A stretch of 61,844 nucleotides of DNA, the filler included, from Nemertoderma westbladi (lineage: Eukaryota > Animalia > Xenacoelomorpha), in NCBI GenBank assembly GCA_032718475.1. It is 4 parts of 4 records of this genome, joined end to end, with 100 filler letters (N's around TTAATTAATTAA, not from the genome) between each part and the next. Parts side by side here need not be neighbours in the genome. Positions count along the whole stretch, not along the records: positions 22,492 to 46,063 come from JAUCBJ010008296.1; 3 more parts are not named here. The stretch is one strand, 5' to 3'. Below the pieces are notes generated by a model. That model had not been told where the DNA came from and did no database searches. It saw only the letters and a list, made by a program, of their open reading frames with translations. The stretch's first letter is position 1, and each line of letters opens with the position of its first letter. Position numbers and translations under genes: made by a program. Shown piece by piece: positions 25,401-37,550 of this stretch.

Positions 25401-25891
25401 TCTGCTTCTGCTGCTGCCGCTGTTGCCTTTGCCTCTGCTTCTGCTGCTGCTTTTGTTGCCTTTGCCTCTGCTTCTGCTGCTGCTTTTGTTGCCTTTGCCT
25501 CTGCTTCTGCTGCTGCCGCTTTTGCCTCTGCCGCTGCTTCTGCCAAGGTCGCTTTTCTTTCCGCCTCTGCCACTGCTGCTATCTTTCTGTCTTCTATACG
25601 TTTTTTTCTTACTTGTTCTTCTTGTTCTCTAGCGATGCGGAGTTGTTCATCGAATTTAGCTTGGTTCGCCGCTAACCTATCCACGTCGATGGCGTCAAGC
25701 ACACGCTGTGCTCCTTCACTATTAGGGCTAAGTCCCTCTAGTCTTCTCCGCAACTCTTCATCACCTACAAAACGTTGATAGTCTGACAGATAGATGTCAA
25801 TGGCATCCCTCTTATGCGGTTTCTCTGCTGTCACTTCGCTCTCGGTTGTATCTAGTAGACTGTCTGACAGGTTCTGCTTTGCGTCAGACAT
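22492..25891 (-). CDS. BEL/Pao retrotransposon Gag-protease polyprotein (cut by the gap)
   Basis: Capsid-like KFNGDEMKWLPF...EKLRYLIECLEG; three zinc knuckles CVLCDGPHRLNAC, CYNCLRRGHQRRTC, CAQCGAKHHILLH; protease ALLDSGST. Confidence 0.93.
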
Positions 25892-27344
25892 GCTTATGTG
25901 TACAGTTGAATGTCTACTGCTGTATTACAGTCTGAGCAAGTCTAGTAATTCAGTATTAACTGCTAGCCTAGTAATTAATTACCGATACTGCTACTCAGTG
26001 TAGCGTGATATATATATAATATATTAGAATACCGGTATACTTATAGTATATATAACTATATAAGTATTATTACAGACTAGGTTTATCACAGAATACCGGT
26101 ATAATTTTAGCACAAATATATATAAATATATAATAGGCCTATCTGGAATACCGGTATACAGCTTACAGTTTGTAGGATATATAATTCTGAAATAGAATTA
26201 ATTACACGTACCGGTATAATTTCAGCCTAGATTTATAGAAATAAAGATAATAGGCCTATCATAAATACCGGTATACAGTTTACACTTATAGTGTATATAT
26301 ATAAGTATAATTACAAACTAGAATTAATTACAGAATACCGGTATGATTTCAACCTAAAATTTATAGAAATAAATATAATAAGCCTACTGTAAATACCGGT
26401 ATATCAATTATTTTAAATAACTGAATTTCTGAATTTCAAGGGTTACTTGTTACTTTACTTACTTTATTACCGTTATTTGAACAGTAGTCCAACTGATATT
26501 GGGACCTAATGGTTGTATGGTAGGCCTACTATTTATAAATCGTTAGATTTGATTTATAATATATATATACCCGTTTTAATGGGTTTTGTCAATGTTTGAA
26601 ATAATGTTATTATTTCTGGGGAGTAATCACTACACAAAGCGGTGCGCTTTCAGTGAAGTGTTACGTATAGGACACTAAAACAAATAATTCTAATTTACCT
26701 AAGTTACTTAATACTACAAATTACGTACAATTCGGGTTGAGATTACAATCTCTAAATAAACACAAAAATTTACAAAAACACAAAATACGAATTTTTTAGG
26801 GTAATTTTACAAGAAGTCTACAAACCAGCCTAACAAAGGGTTAGAAAACCGGTTATTACAACGGACAGGGTACTACGGTATTTGAAATAATAAGTAGTAG
26901 TAAATACACTGCGTTGTCTAGATAGGAAAATACCACCGCCTGACGACCTATAGCCGTATCGCTATAGGTTCTACGTTATGTATCACGGAGTGTTCCTACC
27001 TAGAAGTTAATAGAGCTAATCGAATGTGCCTATCAACCACTTTACAACACAAATATAATGCCTACACTAATTATTCTCGGAAAGCACTGTACACTAAACC
27101 CTAAATTAGGTACGAGTACTTGTACAACAGATAATCAGTAATTAAATATACTTGAACAGCTAAAAGAACCACGGCATCTGCTGGAGTGACCGATGCACAA
27201 AATCACCAGTCTTTACCTACGCCGAGCAGCCCGTGTAGTACCGGGGTTAATTTAACTATAGCGGTATGTATAACAAACACAATTACTGTAGGAACAAACT
27301 TGGGGACTTGAATGTTGCGAATAATCGCATAAACTCTGAATAAT

Positions 27345-27907
27345 AAATATTACGCTACGTGTACAAACTACTCAAACAAAATACAGACCGAACACTGACA
27401 GACTACTATCAAGCCTAAACAAACTACGGTATATGCAGACTCCGAAATGATTAGGGAGTATGCGCTCTAACCCAGTAGTGCGACTTATTCTTTAGTTGGG
27501 GAATTACCTTACAGCGTTCGCTGCCCCTACTGCCTAATCGTACTTAATCGGACAGATGATCTACACACGCGGCAATCCGTTCAGACCTAATAACAGCCAG
27601 ACAACTATCCAGCCTACAAATTATCTAAATAAAATTATACGCTACCTGTACAGACTTACACAAACAAATACAGACTAATCGATGGCAGACTACTCTCAAG
27701 CCTAAATAAACTACAGGACATGCAGACTCCGAAATGATTAGGGAGTATGCGCTCTAACCCAGTAGTGCGACTTATTCTTTAGTTGGGGGATTACCTTACA
27801 GCGTTCGCTGCCCCTACTGCCTAATCGTACTTAATCGGACAGGTGATCTACACACACTGCAATTCTTTCGGACTTAACAGCAATCAGACAACAGCTCAGC
27901 CTACAAA
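27345..27907 (-). repeat. Two direct repeats of about 287 bp in the BEL leader
   Basis: Core ATGCAGACTCCGAAATG...TAATCGGACAG at about 27433-27554 and 27720-27842, nearly identical. Confidence 0.9.
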
Positions 27908-28087
27908 TCGTCTGTACTATCTGATCAGGCTTACACGCCTTCTGTTCAATACTGGCCTACAAATAAATAAAACTTGACAGAAATAAGTAAACCATATAAA
28001 GGTATAAGGGGTGATCAATCCCTAATCCCCTAAACAGCCTACCGGTATACAACAATCAAATCGAATAATACTAGTGTACTTATACGG

Positions 28088-28212
28088 AAGTACCGGTTAG
28101 AACAGTTAGGCCTACTGACCTACAGAAGTACCGGTTCTAGCGGTTGGGCCTACTGACCTACAGATGTACCGATTCTAGCGGTTGGGCCTACTGACCTACA
28201 GATGTACCGGTT
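28088..28212. repeat. About 38-bp tandem repeat (3+ copies) in the BEL leader
   Basis: GTACCG(G/A)TT..AGCGGTTGGGCCTACTGACCTACAGA. Confidence 0.8.
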
Positions 28213-28266
28213 GACCGGTACTTTCAACTTTATTGCTTACTGCAACAAAGAAGCTATATCCTTTAA

Positions 28267-29411
28267 TGTTCGCGCTTTCAGACCTTTGGCAGTTTAACCC
28301 ACCAAATTAAGATGTCTTCTAGATATTAAATCGGTTTTTAGTCTATGACAAGTATTTGATTCACTACACTAGTCGAAACCAATCTGTGCGCGATCATTCA
28401 CCCGCTGGATATTCCCGGGAGACTGAATTCGGAAGCTTAATGATTGATGGTGTAAGCCTACTGTATTATTCGACTGATCGTAATATATAATCTCTGACAA
28501 ATATTATTCACTTTCGGGAAATATTAACAGTTCCTTTAGGACGTGGCGCTCTAAATATGTAAACAGAGTTATGACTTAAACTAGACACAACGAAAAGGCT
28601 ATAGATTCACGTATATGGCGCATTCTTTAGGAGATACTTTGTTATCAGTTACACTCATACACAATGCTGCACAATACTGCACACTAACCTGCCGACCTTC
28701 ACTAAATTTAGTCACGTATAAAGAGAGCAACAGACAATTTATGTCGGGCCTATGAAATAGCATTAGATTCACTCCAAACCACTTAACATAGGTCGCAATC
28801 GTTTATCTGTAACCGGTCTCTCTAACCTTTAGTATATCAAGAAGATTGGGATGTCGGACTATTGATCAGTATTCCGATATAATATTTCATCAACAAATAT
28901 AACGAATAACCGACAGTAAAAGCAGTAATATTAGTAAGATTAATAGTTTATGGATAGTGAGTGAGTAAGATAACAGATATACGTTCTATAATTAAGCCTA
29001 CTAATGTAAGACTAAAGACTGAAACACGGAGGTGCCAAAAGCCGGTGTTCTTAGGCTCTGGGCAAAAACATAACACTGAACTACTGAGTTCTGTATCCAC
29101 CTCCAACACAGAGACAAAAAACGCTCTGATTGGTCAACCGAACAACGAGAGAACAAAGAAACAAAGAAATGTGGACGTGGCAATATCAGCTGTTAGCCGT
29201 CGTCATGGTAGCGACACTGTTTTCAAGAGTATCTAGCTTATCGCGTCACGAGATTGCGGATTATGTCCTCTAAAGTACAAATACAGAAGAAATGACTTTT
29301 ATGTCCTCTAAAACACCAGTACAGCAAGGACACGGCCTTTTTATGCCTGGCAAACCAACTACAGAGTACTTTAAGGGAAAATAACCGGTTAATTACGCAA
29401 AAGCTTTTACA
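28267..29411 (-). mobile_element. 5' LTR of the BEL/Pao element (about 1145 bp, TG...CA)
   Basis: Minus strand TGTAAAAGC...GCGCGAACA; homology to the solo LTR at 46244-47421 stops at these ends. Confidence 0.85.
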
Positions 29412-29721
29412 CTTCGTCTTACTAACACGAACTACGTCTTACTAACACGAACATCGTCTTACTAACACGAACTTCATCTTACTAACACGAACATCGTCTT
29501 ACTAACACGAACTTCGTCTTACTATCACGAACACGGTCTTACTAACCTGAACTTCGCCTTACTAACACGAACATCGACTTACTAACACGAACTTAGTCTT
29601 ACTAACACGAACTATCGTCTTACTAACACGAACTTCGTCTTACTATCACGAACACGGTCTTACTAAGACGAACTTTGTCTTACTAACACGAACATCGTCT
29701 TACTAACACGAACTTCGTCTT
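29412..29721. repeat. 20-bp minisatellite, about 15 copies
   Basis: CTTACTAACACGAAC(T/A)TCGT in tandem, no spacers. Confidence 0.95.
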
Positions 29722-30598
29722 AAATATTAAAAATATCAGAAACACATCGGCCTTATAAAGAAGACGGTTTAGATGGCCGTGATCCTACAGTCCTACTACT
29801 GTAATTGTGATAATATAATTATATACACCACCAGGCAAATGCTACTGCCAGTCCAATTGCTCAATTGACCGGACCCGTTGATCGAACCCATTGCCATTTA
29901 AAGGAGCCAGGTTAGTAAAGGAGCAGGTTACAGAGGCGTGTTGGTGGAACCAAAACAATAAACGAAAGTTAGCACATGTTACAAGATTAGGCAGGTTACT
30001 TAATTATGGTAATAAAGGTCCGGTCAATAATACACAAGTAAAATAGAACCTATTGTTTATATTGATAAAATTGCTATTGGCGGGAGTTCAACACTTAAAA
30101 GAACTTATAACAGGTGCACATCCACCTTTCCGCTCCAAAATAATAGGTCTTTAACACTATCGAAGTTCCACCCCCGTAGCCTTAAAAACCGAGTACTGCC
30201 TGATGGCGCTCTCGCCATATCCGATGGAATTAACATAAACTTCCTTCGGAATTGCTTTGCCTGTAGGCCTACCATAGGCGCCTATCCTTTGTAGCAAAAC
30301 GGAAAAGAATCTTACAGTACTTCATTCAACCAGTAGGTTAGGCATGCCTATTATTTATGAAGCGATTTTAGTTTTGTGATTTGTATTCATTTGGAGCGAT
30401 TCACTTTGTATTTTATTTAAGTTTCCTGTTTTTAATGATACCGGCATAGGCCGGGTAATAAACAATAATAATAATAAAATATTAAAATTAAAAAGTTTTG
30501 TTAACGATCGAGTTCAGCGAGCGAGAGACTATTATTGGGACAAGCGCGAACGTGAAATCTGTTGGCACAAGAGAGCCCGCAGGAAATACAGTTACAAT

Positions 30599-32511
30599 TA
30601 GGGCTCAACAGAAGCTTCGGCTTCGGTTCGGTTCGGGCCGAAGTTTGGCAATTTCGGTTCGGTTCGGCTTCTGCAATTGATACTGCAGAAGCCAGGAGCA
30701 AACTTTGCTAATTATTCCAAGTATTATATTGACTGATTGAGCTAAGACCAGAAGACAGTAAGACTAATCAATCTGTCCATCGTTGTACTAATTAATTTTG
30801 GGGTGCAAACGTTAAGCAGACACTGGTGCAGAGCAGACAGTAGGTACAGACAGTGGTGCAGACAGTGGTGCAGACAGTGATGCAGACAGTGGTGCAGACA
30901 CCTGGTGCAACAGTGGTGCAGTCGTGCAGCCACTGGTGCAGACAGTGGTGCAGACAGTTGTGCAGGCTTTGATACAGACAGTGGTGCAGACAGTGGTGCA
31001 GACACTGGTGCAGACACTGGTGCAGACAGTGTTGCAGACAGTGGTGCAGACACCTGGTGCAGACACTGGCTGACTGGTGCAGACACTGGTGCAGACAGTG
31101 GTGTAGACAGTGGTGCAGACAGTGGTTCAGACACTGGTGCAGACAGTGGTGCAGACAGTGGTGCAGCCAGTGGTGCAGACAGTGGTGCAGCCAGTGGTGC
31201 AGACAGTGGTGCAGATAGCCTACTGGTGCAGACACTGGCAGACTGGTGCAGACAGTAAAGGCTGAAAGGGGCGAGCAGGTTAGTAAAGGAGCAGTTTAGT
31301 AAAGGAGCAGGTTTCAGAGGAGTATTGGGGGAACCAAAACAATAAACGTTATTGTTTTGGAGGCTAAGAATACCCAAGGGCCAAGAATACTCGCAGGCTA
31401 AGAATACTCGCGGACTAACAATTCCTGAGACCTTACTGTAGTTAGTCTGCACTGTCTGCACCACTGTCTGACTGTCTGCACCAGTGTCTGCACCACTGTC
31501 TGCACCAGTGTCTGCACCAGTCTGCACCACTGTCTGCATCACTGTCTGCACCAGTGTCTGCACCACTGTCTGCACCAGTGTCTGCACCACTTTCTGCACC
31601 AGTCTGCACCACTGTCTGCACCAGTGTCTGCATCACTGTCTGTACCAGTGTCTGCCGCACCACTGTCTGCACCAGTGTCTGCACCACTGTCTGCACCAGT
31701 GTCTGAACCACTGTCTGCACGCTGCACCACTGTCTGACTGTCTGCATCACTGTCTGCACCACTGTCTGCTGTCTGCACCACTGTCTGCACCAGTGCCTGC
31801 ACCACTGTCTGCACGCTGCACCACTGTCTGCACCACAGTCTGCACCACTGTCCGCACCACGTGTCTGCACCACTGTCTGCACTGCACCACTGTCTGCTTA
31901 ACGTTTACACCCTTAATTTTGGACTGAACTTCCATTTAAATGGCATTATTTTTTTAATTGTTTTCAGTTTACTTGGGTAGTTTCAAAATTAGCTTAATTA
32001 TACAGTAGTTTAGGTTAGGCTAAATAGGCCTATTGCCATTTTACTTTGTAGTACCTATTTTTTAATTAATCATAACTTTGATACATAATACCAAATACAG
32101 AAATATACCTACTACCTCATACTGTCATATAAATAGTACTACCTGTACTTTTAGTGAGGTTTTCTAAATTTTATGTCACTACTGTACGGCTTACTACGGA
32201 TGAAAATGTGGTGCATACAGTAGCAGTAAGTATACAGTAGTTTAGGTTAGTAATGCTGTACAGTAATGTAAATATTGTCATTTTATTTTGTAGTACTTAT
32301 TTTTTTAATTAATCATAGCTTTCTTGCTAAGTCCGCAGACCAAATAGGTACCAGTCTGCCACTGCCAGTCAGCCAGTATAGTGACGTAAAGACGAATTTA
32401 TGACCATAACTTTCTGAACTTCGGTTCGGATTCGGTTCGGTTCGGCCCGAAGTTGGCCCTGCTTCGGTTCGGTTCGGTTCGGCACCATAAAGTGCCTTCT
32501 GTTGAACCCTA
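30599..32511. mobile_element. hAT-type non-autonomous element
   Basis: TIRs TAGGGCTCAACAGAAG / CTTCTGTTGAACCCTA; 8-bp TSD GTTACAAT (30591-30598, 32512-32519); subterminal TTCGG repeats. Confidence 0.92.
30801..31912. mobile_element. Mutator/Foldback-type element with tandem-repeat arms, nested in the hAT element
   Basis: TIRs GGGTG(C/T)AAACGTTAAGCAGACA; 9-bp TSD TTAATTTTG (30792-30800, 31913-31921); arms of 12-bp GGTGCAGACAGT. Confidence 0.92.
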
Positions 32512-34909
32512 GTTACAATATGGTGAGAGTTCGTGAAACGGTCCGGTATTCAGCAATTCAGGCAGATCTTGTGGTGGAACCCGTGAGCCGTTGTGCGAGT
32601 TATACAGTAATATGTCGATATTTCTGCCCAGGTCATTTCCATCTGTTTGTAGTAAAAGCTGGTCCAGTTGAGTATATAATTTAATTGTCGCTCCTCTCTG
32701 TAAGTTCTGTAGTTTTATGCAGGTTTGAAAAGATTTGGAGATTTCGCATTAATTAATTCTGACAAGGTTTGTTCGCCGAGTAAATTTAGTGCCAGTATTG
32801 TAGTGGAGGCAGAAGTATGAAAACCTTAACATTCGTTTTACAAAACGACATTTTATTTTATCGAGTTTTTTGAGCCCGGTTCACATACAGTGTACTCGTT
32901 ATCGTGGTATTTACTCACTGCACTCTGGCGCATCGCTGTCACCTATTTCTGTCTTTGCACCCTACTGTACTGTGTACTGTAGTTACAGTAGGGGTACTGA
33001 CTCAAATTGTTTGTTTATCCCTCAACTGTATTAAAGTGGTTTCCTGGCGTAATCCCAGCAATACAGTGTATTACTGGTAGTGTTTGGCAATATTTATTAA
33101 TTGCAATGTTTATCCTATAATACTATGGACAATAAATATATATCTGTCGATAATTTTATCAATTATATGATTTAGCGCAGTATACATATTGTAGTTTTCT
33201 GGCATAATTTTTAAATCTGTTGTGCTGATCGAGAAGTCCAGCGGTTTTGTCATTTTGTGTTAGATATTTGAGTTACTCTGTCAGTCTGTGGATATAATAA
33301 TTTCAGGGGACAGTTATTGAGTGGATTGTGACCATTTTGTATTATACAGCTCCCCCTGTGTTTCTCATGGTGGGGGGTGACATTCAATACGCAGATACGT
33401 AAACTGTAGTATTATAATAAACAATGAGTTTAATAAACTCGCATGGAGGGATAATGATGTAATGACAATAGCTGATAGTAGCTGAGTAGGGCGAACTGCA
33501 CAGCTAATTTATCGATTGCTATTAGTACTGTCAGTCTGTCAGTTACACATTGTAAATAATTGGCAGCGGTATTGAGGCGGCGATAGAACATCCTAATCTC
33601 AAGAAGTCTCTGATTTGACGATTAAAATATTTGAATATTCTATCAATAAGAAATAGCTTGAATTAGGTGTTCTAATGACAATAAAAAAAGGCATTAGAGG
33701 ATGTAATGTAGGAATTTTTAATACCGATTAGGAATATGGTATTATAGGCCCTACTATATTAATATTATATAAACTAGGTGTATATCACAACCGTAGCAGA
33801 TTAATTAACCGTAGATTTTAATTATGTAAGAATTATACAGTGTAATTTATTTATGTCATATTCTATCAATGTATCCCTATAAGCATTTGACGTCTATTTT
33901 TACACCTTAACAGGTATGTGGACGTCATTTTACGTCAATTATGTTTGTTGCAAGAACTCATCGTTTTGATGGTTGATGTAATTACGTAAAATTACGTCTT
34001 GAACACGTCTTGTTGACACGTTCCTGTATGAGACTTATACATGGTGGATAAAATTACCTAAAATGACGTGTTGAACACGTCTTGATGGCACGTATCTGTG
34101 TGATACTTTTCATGGTGGAAATAATTACCTAAAATGACGTCTTGACGGCACGTATCTGTGTGATACTTTTCATGGTGGAAATAATTACCTAAAATTACGT
34201 CTTGAACACGTGTCTTAATGACACATCTACTTACCACTTACAGACTTACCTACTGACTGACTACAGTACGAGTACAGTATATTTAAATTAGTACAGTAGT
34301 AGTACCGGCAGACCGGTGCGGTACTACAGTACTACATACTACATGCTACTGCTGGAGCTGGAGTACAGCTGTACAGGCTGACAGGTGACAGGATTGTCAT
34401 TTCACGTTTGAACCACATGCTGACATGGCTGCTGACCGGCCTGGCCTAACATATCCTGCAGTCCTGTTTGGTGGCCTCCTGGCTGCCTGGGGCGATGAGC
34501 AATTGCCTCTGTTAAGCCTCTGTTAAGCTAACAGAGAAGATTTGTTCGCTGATAATTTTAGTCGGTGAGTTATTGGCAATGTTAGTTCTCTGTCTGATAA
34601 GTCACTGTTAAAGGGTGAGTTTTACATTCACTGTTAGTTCTCTGTGAACTAACTGAGAACATTTTCCTTAACAGAGGTAAAACCTCTGTTTAGGCTATTA
34701 GCAGAAGCACGTGTTAACACACCATGTAATATTGCCAACTGTAATATTTAACATTAACATGTGGCGTGTTCAGTTTGACATAGAAATTGGTAATAGGCGT
34801 GAACCAGTATATAATAAGAAGTACAACCCGTTATCCCAATTACGACAATATGATTTTTTTGAAAGGTTCAGGTTCCTGATGAAATTATTGCAGCAATCAG
34901 CTCAGTAAA

Positions 34910-35142
34910 CGATGGTTCGTCAACATTTGTGTCTACTGTTGACGGTGACACAAAACCATTTGAAGTGTTATGGGGCGTCCTCCAGGGAGACACACTTGCA
35001 CCATTCTTGTTCATAATTGTAGTTGACTATGTTCTATGCATGTCCTTAGATCATCATAATGATGATGCGGTGATGATAACTCAACCTACTGGCTCCAGAA
35101 GTCGAGGAAATCCTGCCAAGTACCTAACTGATCTAGACTTTA
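34910..35142 (+). mobile_element. RTE LINE RT fragment
   Basis: GVLQGDTLAPFLFIIVVDY...YLTDLDF; overlaps the 5' end of the 50165 copy in sequence. Confidence 0.85.
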
Positions 35143-35218
35143 CTTTACTCCACGAACTATCGGTCCGCTTAATCCCGGTTGTAACTCGGGGTCTCTTACT
35201 CCTCCAGGAACTGGAGAT

Positions 35219-35788
35219 GTGAATGAGGGCACACGTACGGAAGCCCGTCGAAAGCCGTATGAAATATTAATGGATAAACTAAATACCATAATTGAAACAC
35301 AGAAGTTTCACAGTAAACTGCTTAGTAACATCATAAATCCGGCAGCAGTCATGCTCCCTGATAATAATATTAATGAATATATACATCTACCAGTTGCCAC
35401 TGTTGCTGAACTCGAGGATTTGAACAAGGAACTCATCAATGATTCTTCTTATAAAGCCACGATGAATCGACTGAAACTAGTTGGTGGCTCAACTTTGACT
35501 GGTTCCGCTACTGCTATTCTAAAGGCCACAATCACTGAAGAACTCGCTTCAAAACTTAGCTGGTGCGGATTTGATCGAAAAAACAATGCAGGTGTTCAGA
35601 AAACTGCAATTAAAGAAACTTTATTTGTTCAACTGGTAACTGAATCTGTTTTGTCATCTCCTCTGTTTCAGGAGGAACGTTGTATCGGTGTGAAAATCGT
35701 TCACAATCGCATCAAAGAGTGGCTTAAACATGCCCCAGCACGATTCAGAAAACGTAAATGCATTGCTGTTGATGTTGAATGTGACTAA
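35219..35788 (+). CDS. DUF4806-like accessory ORF of an EnSpm-type element (start uncertain)
   Basis: LPVATVAELEDLNKEL, LVGG, EELASKLSWCG, IKEWLKHAPAR pattern; lies within the CCC-terminated element. Confidence 0.6.
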   Translation: MNEGTRTEARRKPYEILMDKLNTIIETQKFHSKLLSNIINPAAVMLPDNNINEYIHLPVATVAELEDLNKELINDSSYKATMNRLKLVGGSTLTGSATAILKATITEELASKLSWCGFDRKNNAGVQKTAIKETLFVQLVTESVLSSPLFQEERCIGVKIVHNRIKEWLKHAPARFRKRKCIAVDVECD

Positions 35789-35789
35789 A

Positions 35790-37550
35790 GTGGGTAGGAA
35801 GGTAATATGGTGGGTGTGAGTGGGTGGGTAGGAAGGTAATATGGTGGGTGTGAGTGGGTAGGAAGGTAATATGGTGGGTGTGAGTGGGTAGGAAGGTAAT
35901 ATGGTGGGTGTGAGTGGGTGGGAAGGTACTATGGTGGGTGTGAGTGGGTAGGAAGGTAATATGGTGGGTGTGAGTGGGTGGGAAGGTACTATGGTGGGTG
36001 TGAGTGGGTAGGAAGGTAATATGGTGGGTGTGAGTGGGTAGGAAGGTAATATGGTGGGTGTGAGTGGGTAGGAAGGTAATATGGTGGGTGTGAGTGGGTG
36101 GGAAGGTACTATGGTGGGTGTGAGTGGGTAGGAAGGTAATATGGTGGGTGTGAGTGGGTGGGTAGGAAGGTAATATGGTGGGTGTGAGTGGGTGGGTAGG
36201 AAGGTAATATGGTGGGTGTGAGTGGGTGGGTAGGAAGGTAATATGGTGGGTGTGAGTGGGTAGGAAGGTAATATGGTGGGTGTGAATGGGTGGGTAGGAA
36301 GGTAATATGGTGCGTGTGAGTGGGTAGGAAGGTAATATGGTGGGTGTGAGTGGGTAGGAAGGTAATATGGTGGGTGTGAGTGGGTAGGAAGGTAATATGG
36401 TGGGTGTGAGGGGGTAGGAAGGTAATATGGTGGGTGTGAGTGGGTAGGAAGGTAATATGGTGGGTGTGAGTGGGTGGGTAGGAAGGTAATATGGTGGGTG
36501 TGAGTGGGTAGGAAGGTAATATGGTGGGTGTGAGTGGGTGGGTAGGAAGGTAATATGGTGGGTGTGAGTGGGTAGGAAGGTAATATGGTGGGTGTGAGTG
36601 GGTAGGAAGGTAATATGGTGGGTGTGAGTGGGTAGGAAGGTAATATGGTGGGTGTGAGTGGGTAGGAAGGTAATATGGTGGGTGTGAGTGGGTAGGAAGG
36701 TAATATGGTGGGTGTGAGGGGGTAGGAAGGTAATATGGTGGGTGTGAGTGGGTAGGAAGGTAATATGGTGGGTGTGAGTGGGTAGGAAGGTAATATGGTG
36801 GGTGTGAGTGGGTGGGTAGGAAGGTAATATGGTGGGTGTGAGTGGGTAGGAAGGTAATATGGTGGGTGTGAGTGGGTAGGAAGGTACTATGGTGGGTGTG
36901 AGTGGGTAGGAAGGTAATATGGTGGGTGTGAGTGGGTGGGTAGGAAGGTAATATGGTGCGTGTGAGTGGGTAGGAAGGTAATATGGTGGGTGTGAGTGGG
37001 TAGGAAGGTAATATGGTGGGTGTGAGTGGGTAGGAAGGTAATATGGTGGGTGTGAGTGGGTGGGTAGGAAGGTAATATGGTGGGTGTGAGTGGGTGGGTA
37101 GGAAGGTAATATGGTGGGTGTGAGTGGGTGGGTAGGAAGGTAATATGGTGGGTGTGAGTGGGTGGGTAGGAAGGTAATATGGTGCGTGTGAGTGGGTAGG
37201 AAGGTAATATGGTGGGTGTGAGTGGGTGGGTAGGAAGGTAATATGGTGGGTGTGAGTGGGTGGGTAGGAAGGTAATATGGTGCGTGTGAGTGGGTAGGAA
37301 GGTAATATGGTGGGTGTGAGTGGGTAGGAAGGTAATATGGTGGGTGTGAGTGGGTAGGAAGGTAATATGGTGGGTGTGAGTGGGTGGGTAGGAAGGTAAT
37401 ATGGTGGGTGTGAGTGGGTGGGTAGGAAGGTAATATGGTGGGTGTGAGTGGGTAGGAAAGTAATATGGTGGGTGTGAGTGGGTAGGAAGGTAATATGGTG
37501 GGTGTGAGTGGGTAGGAAGGTAATATGGTGGGTGTGAGTGGGTAGGAAGT
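35790..37550 (+). repeat. G-rich 30/34-bp minisatellite
   Basis: GTGGGTAGGAAGGTAATATGGTGGGTGTGA with optional extra GTGG. Confidence 0.97.

Noticed and set aside
25283-25675. Cys-rich and Leu/Pro-rich plus-strand ORFs
   Set aside because: Antisense shadows of the Gag Ala/Glu/Lys repeat
29412-29721. CRISPR-like array (constant 15-mer with variable bases)
   Set aside because: Variable part is only about 5 nt and the variants are related; simple 20-bp minisatellite, no cas genes, eukaryotic context
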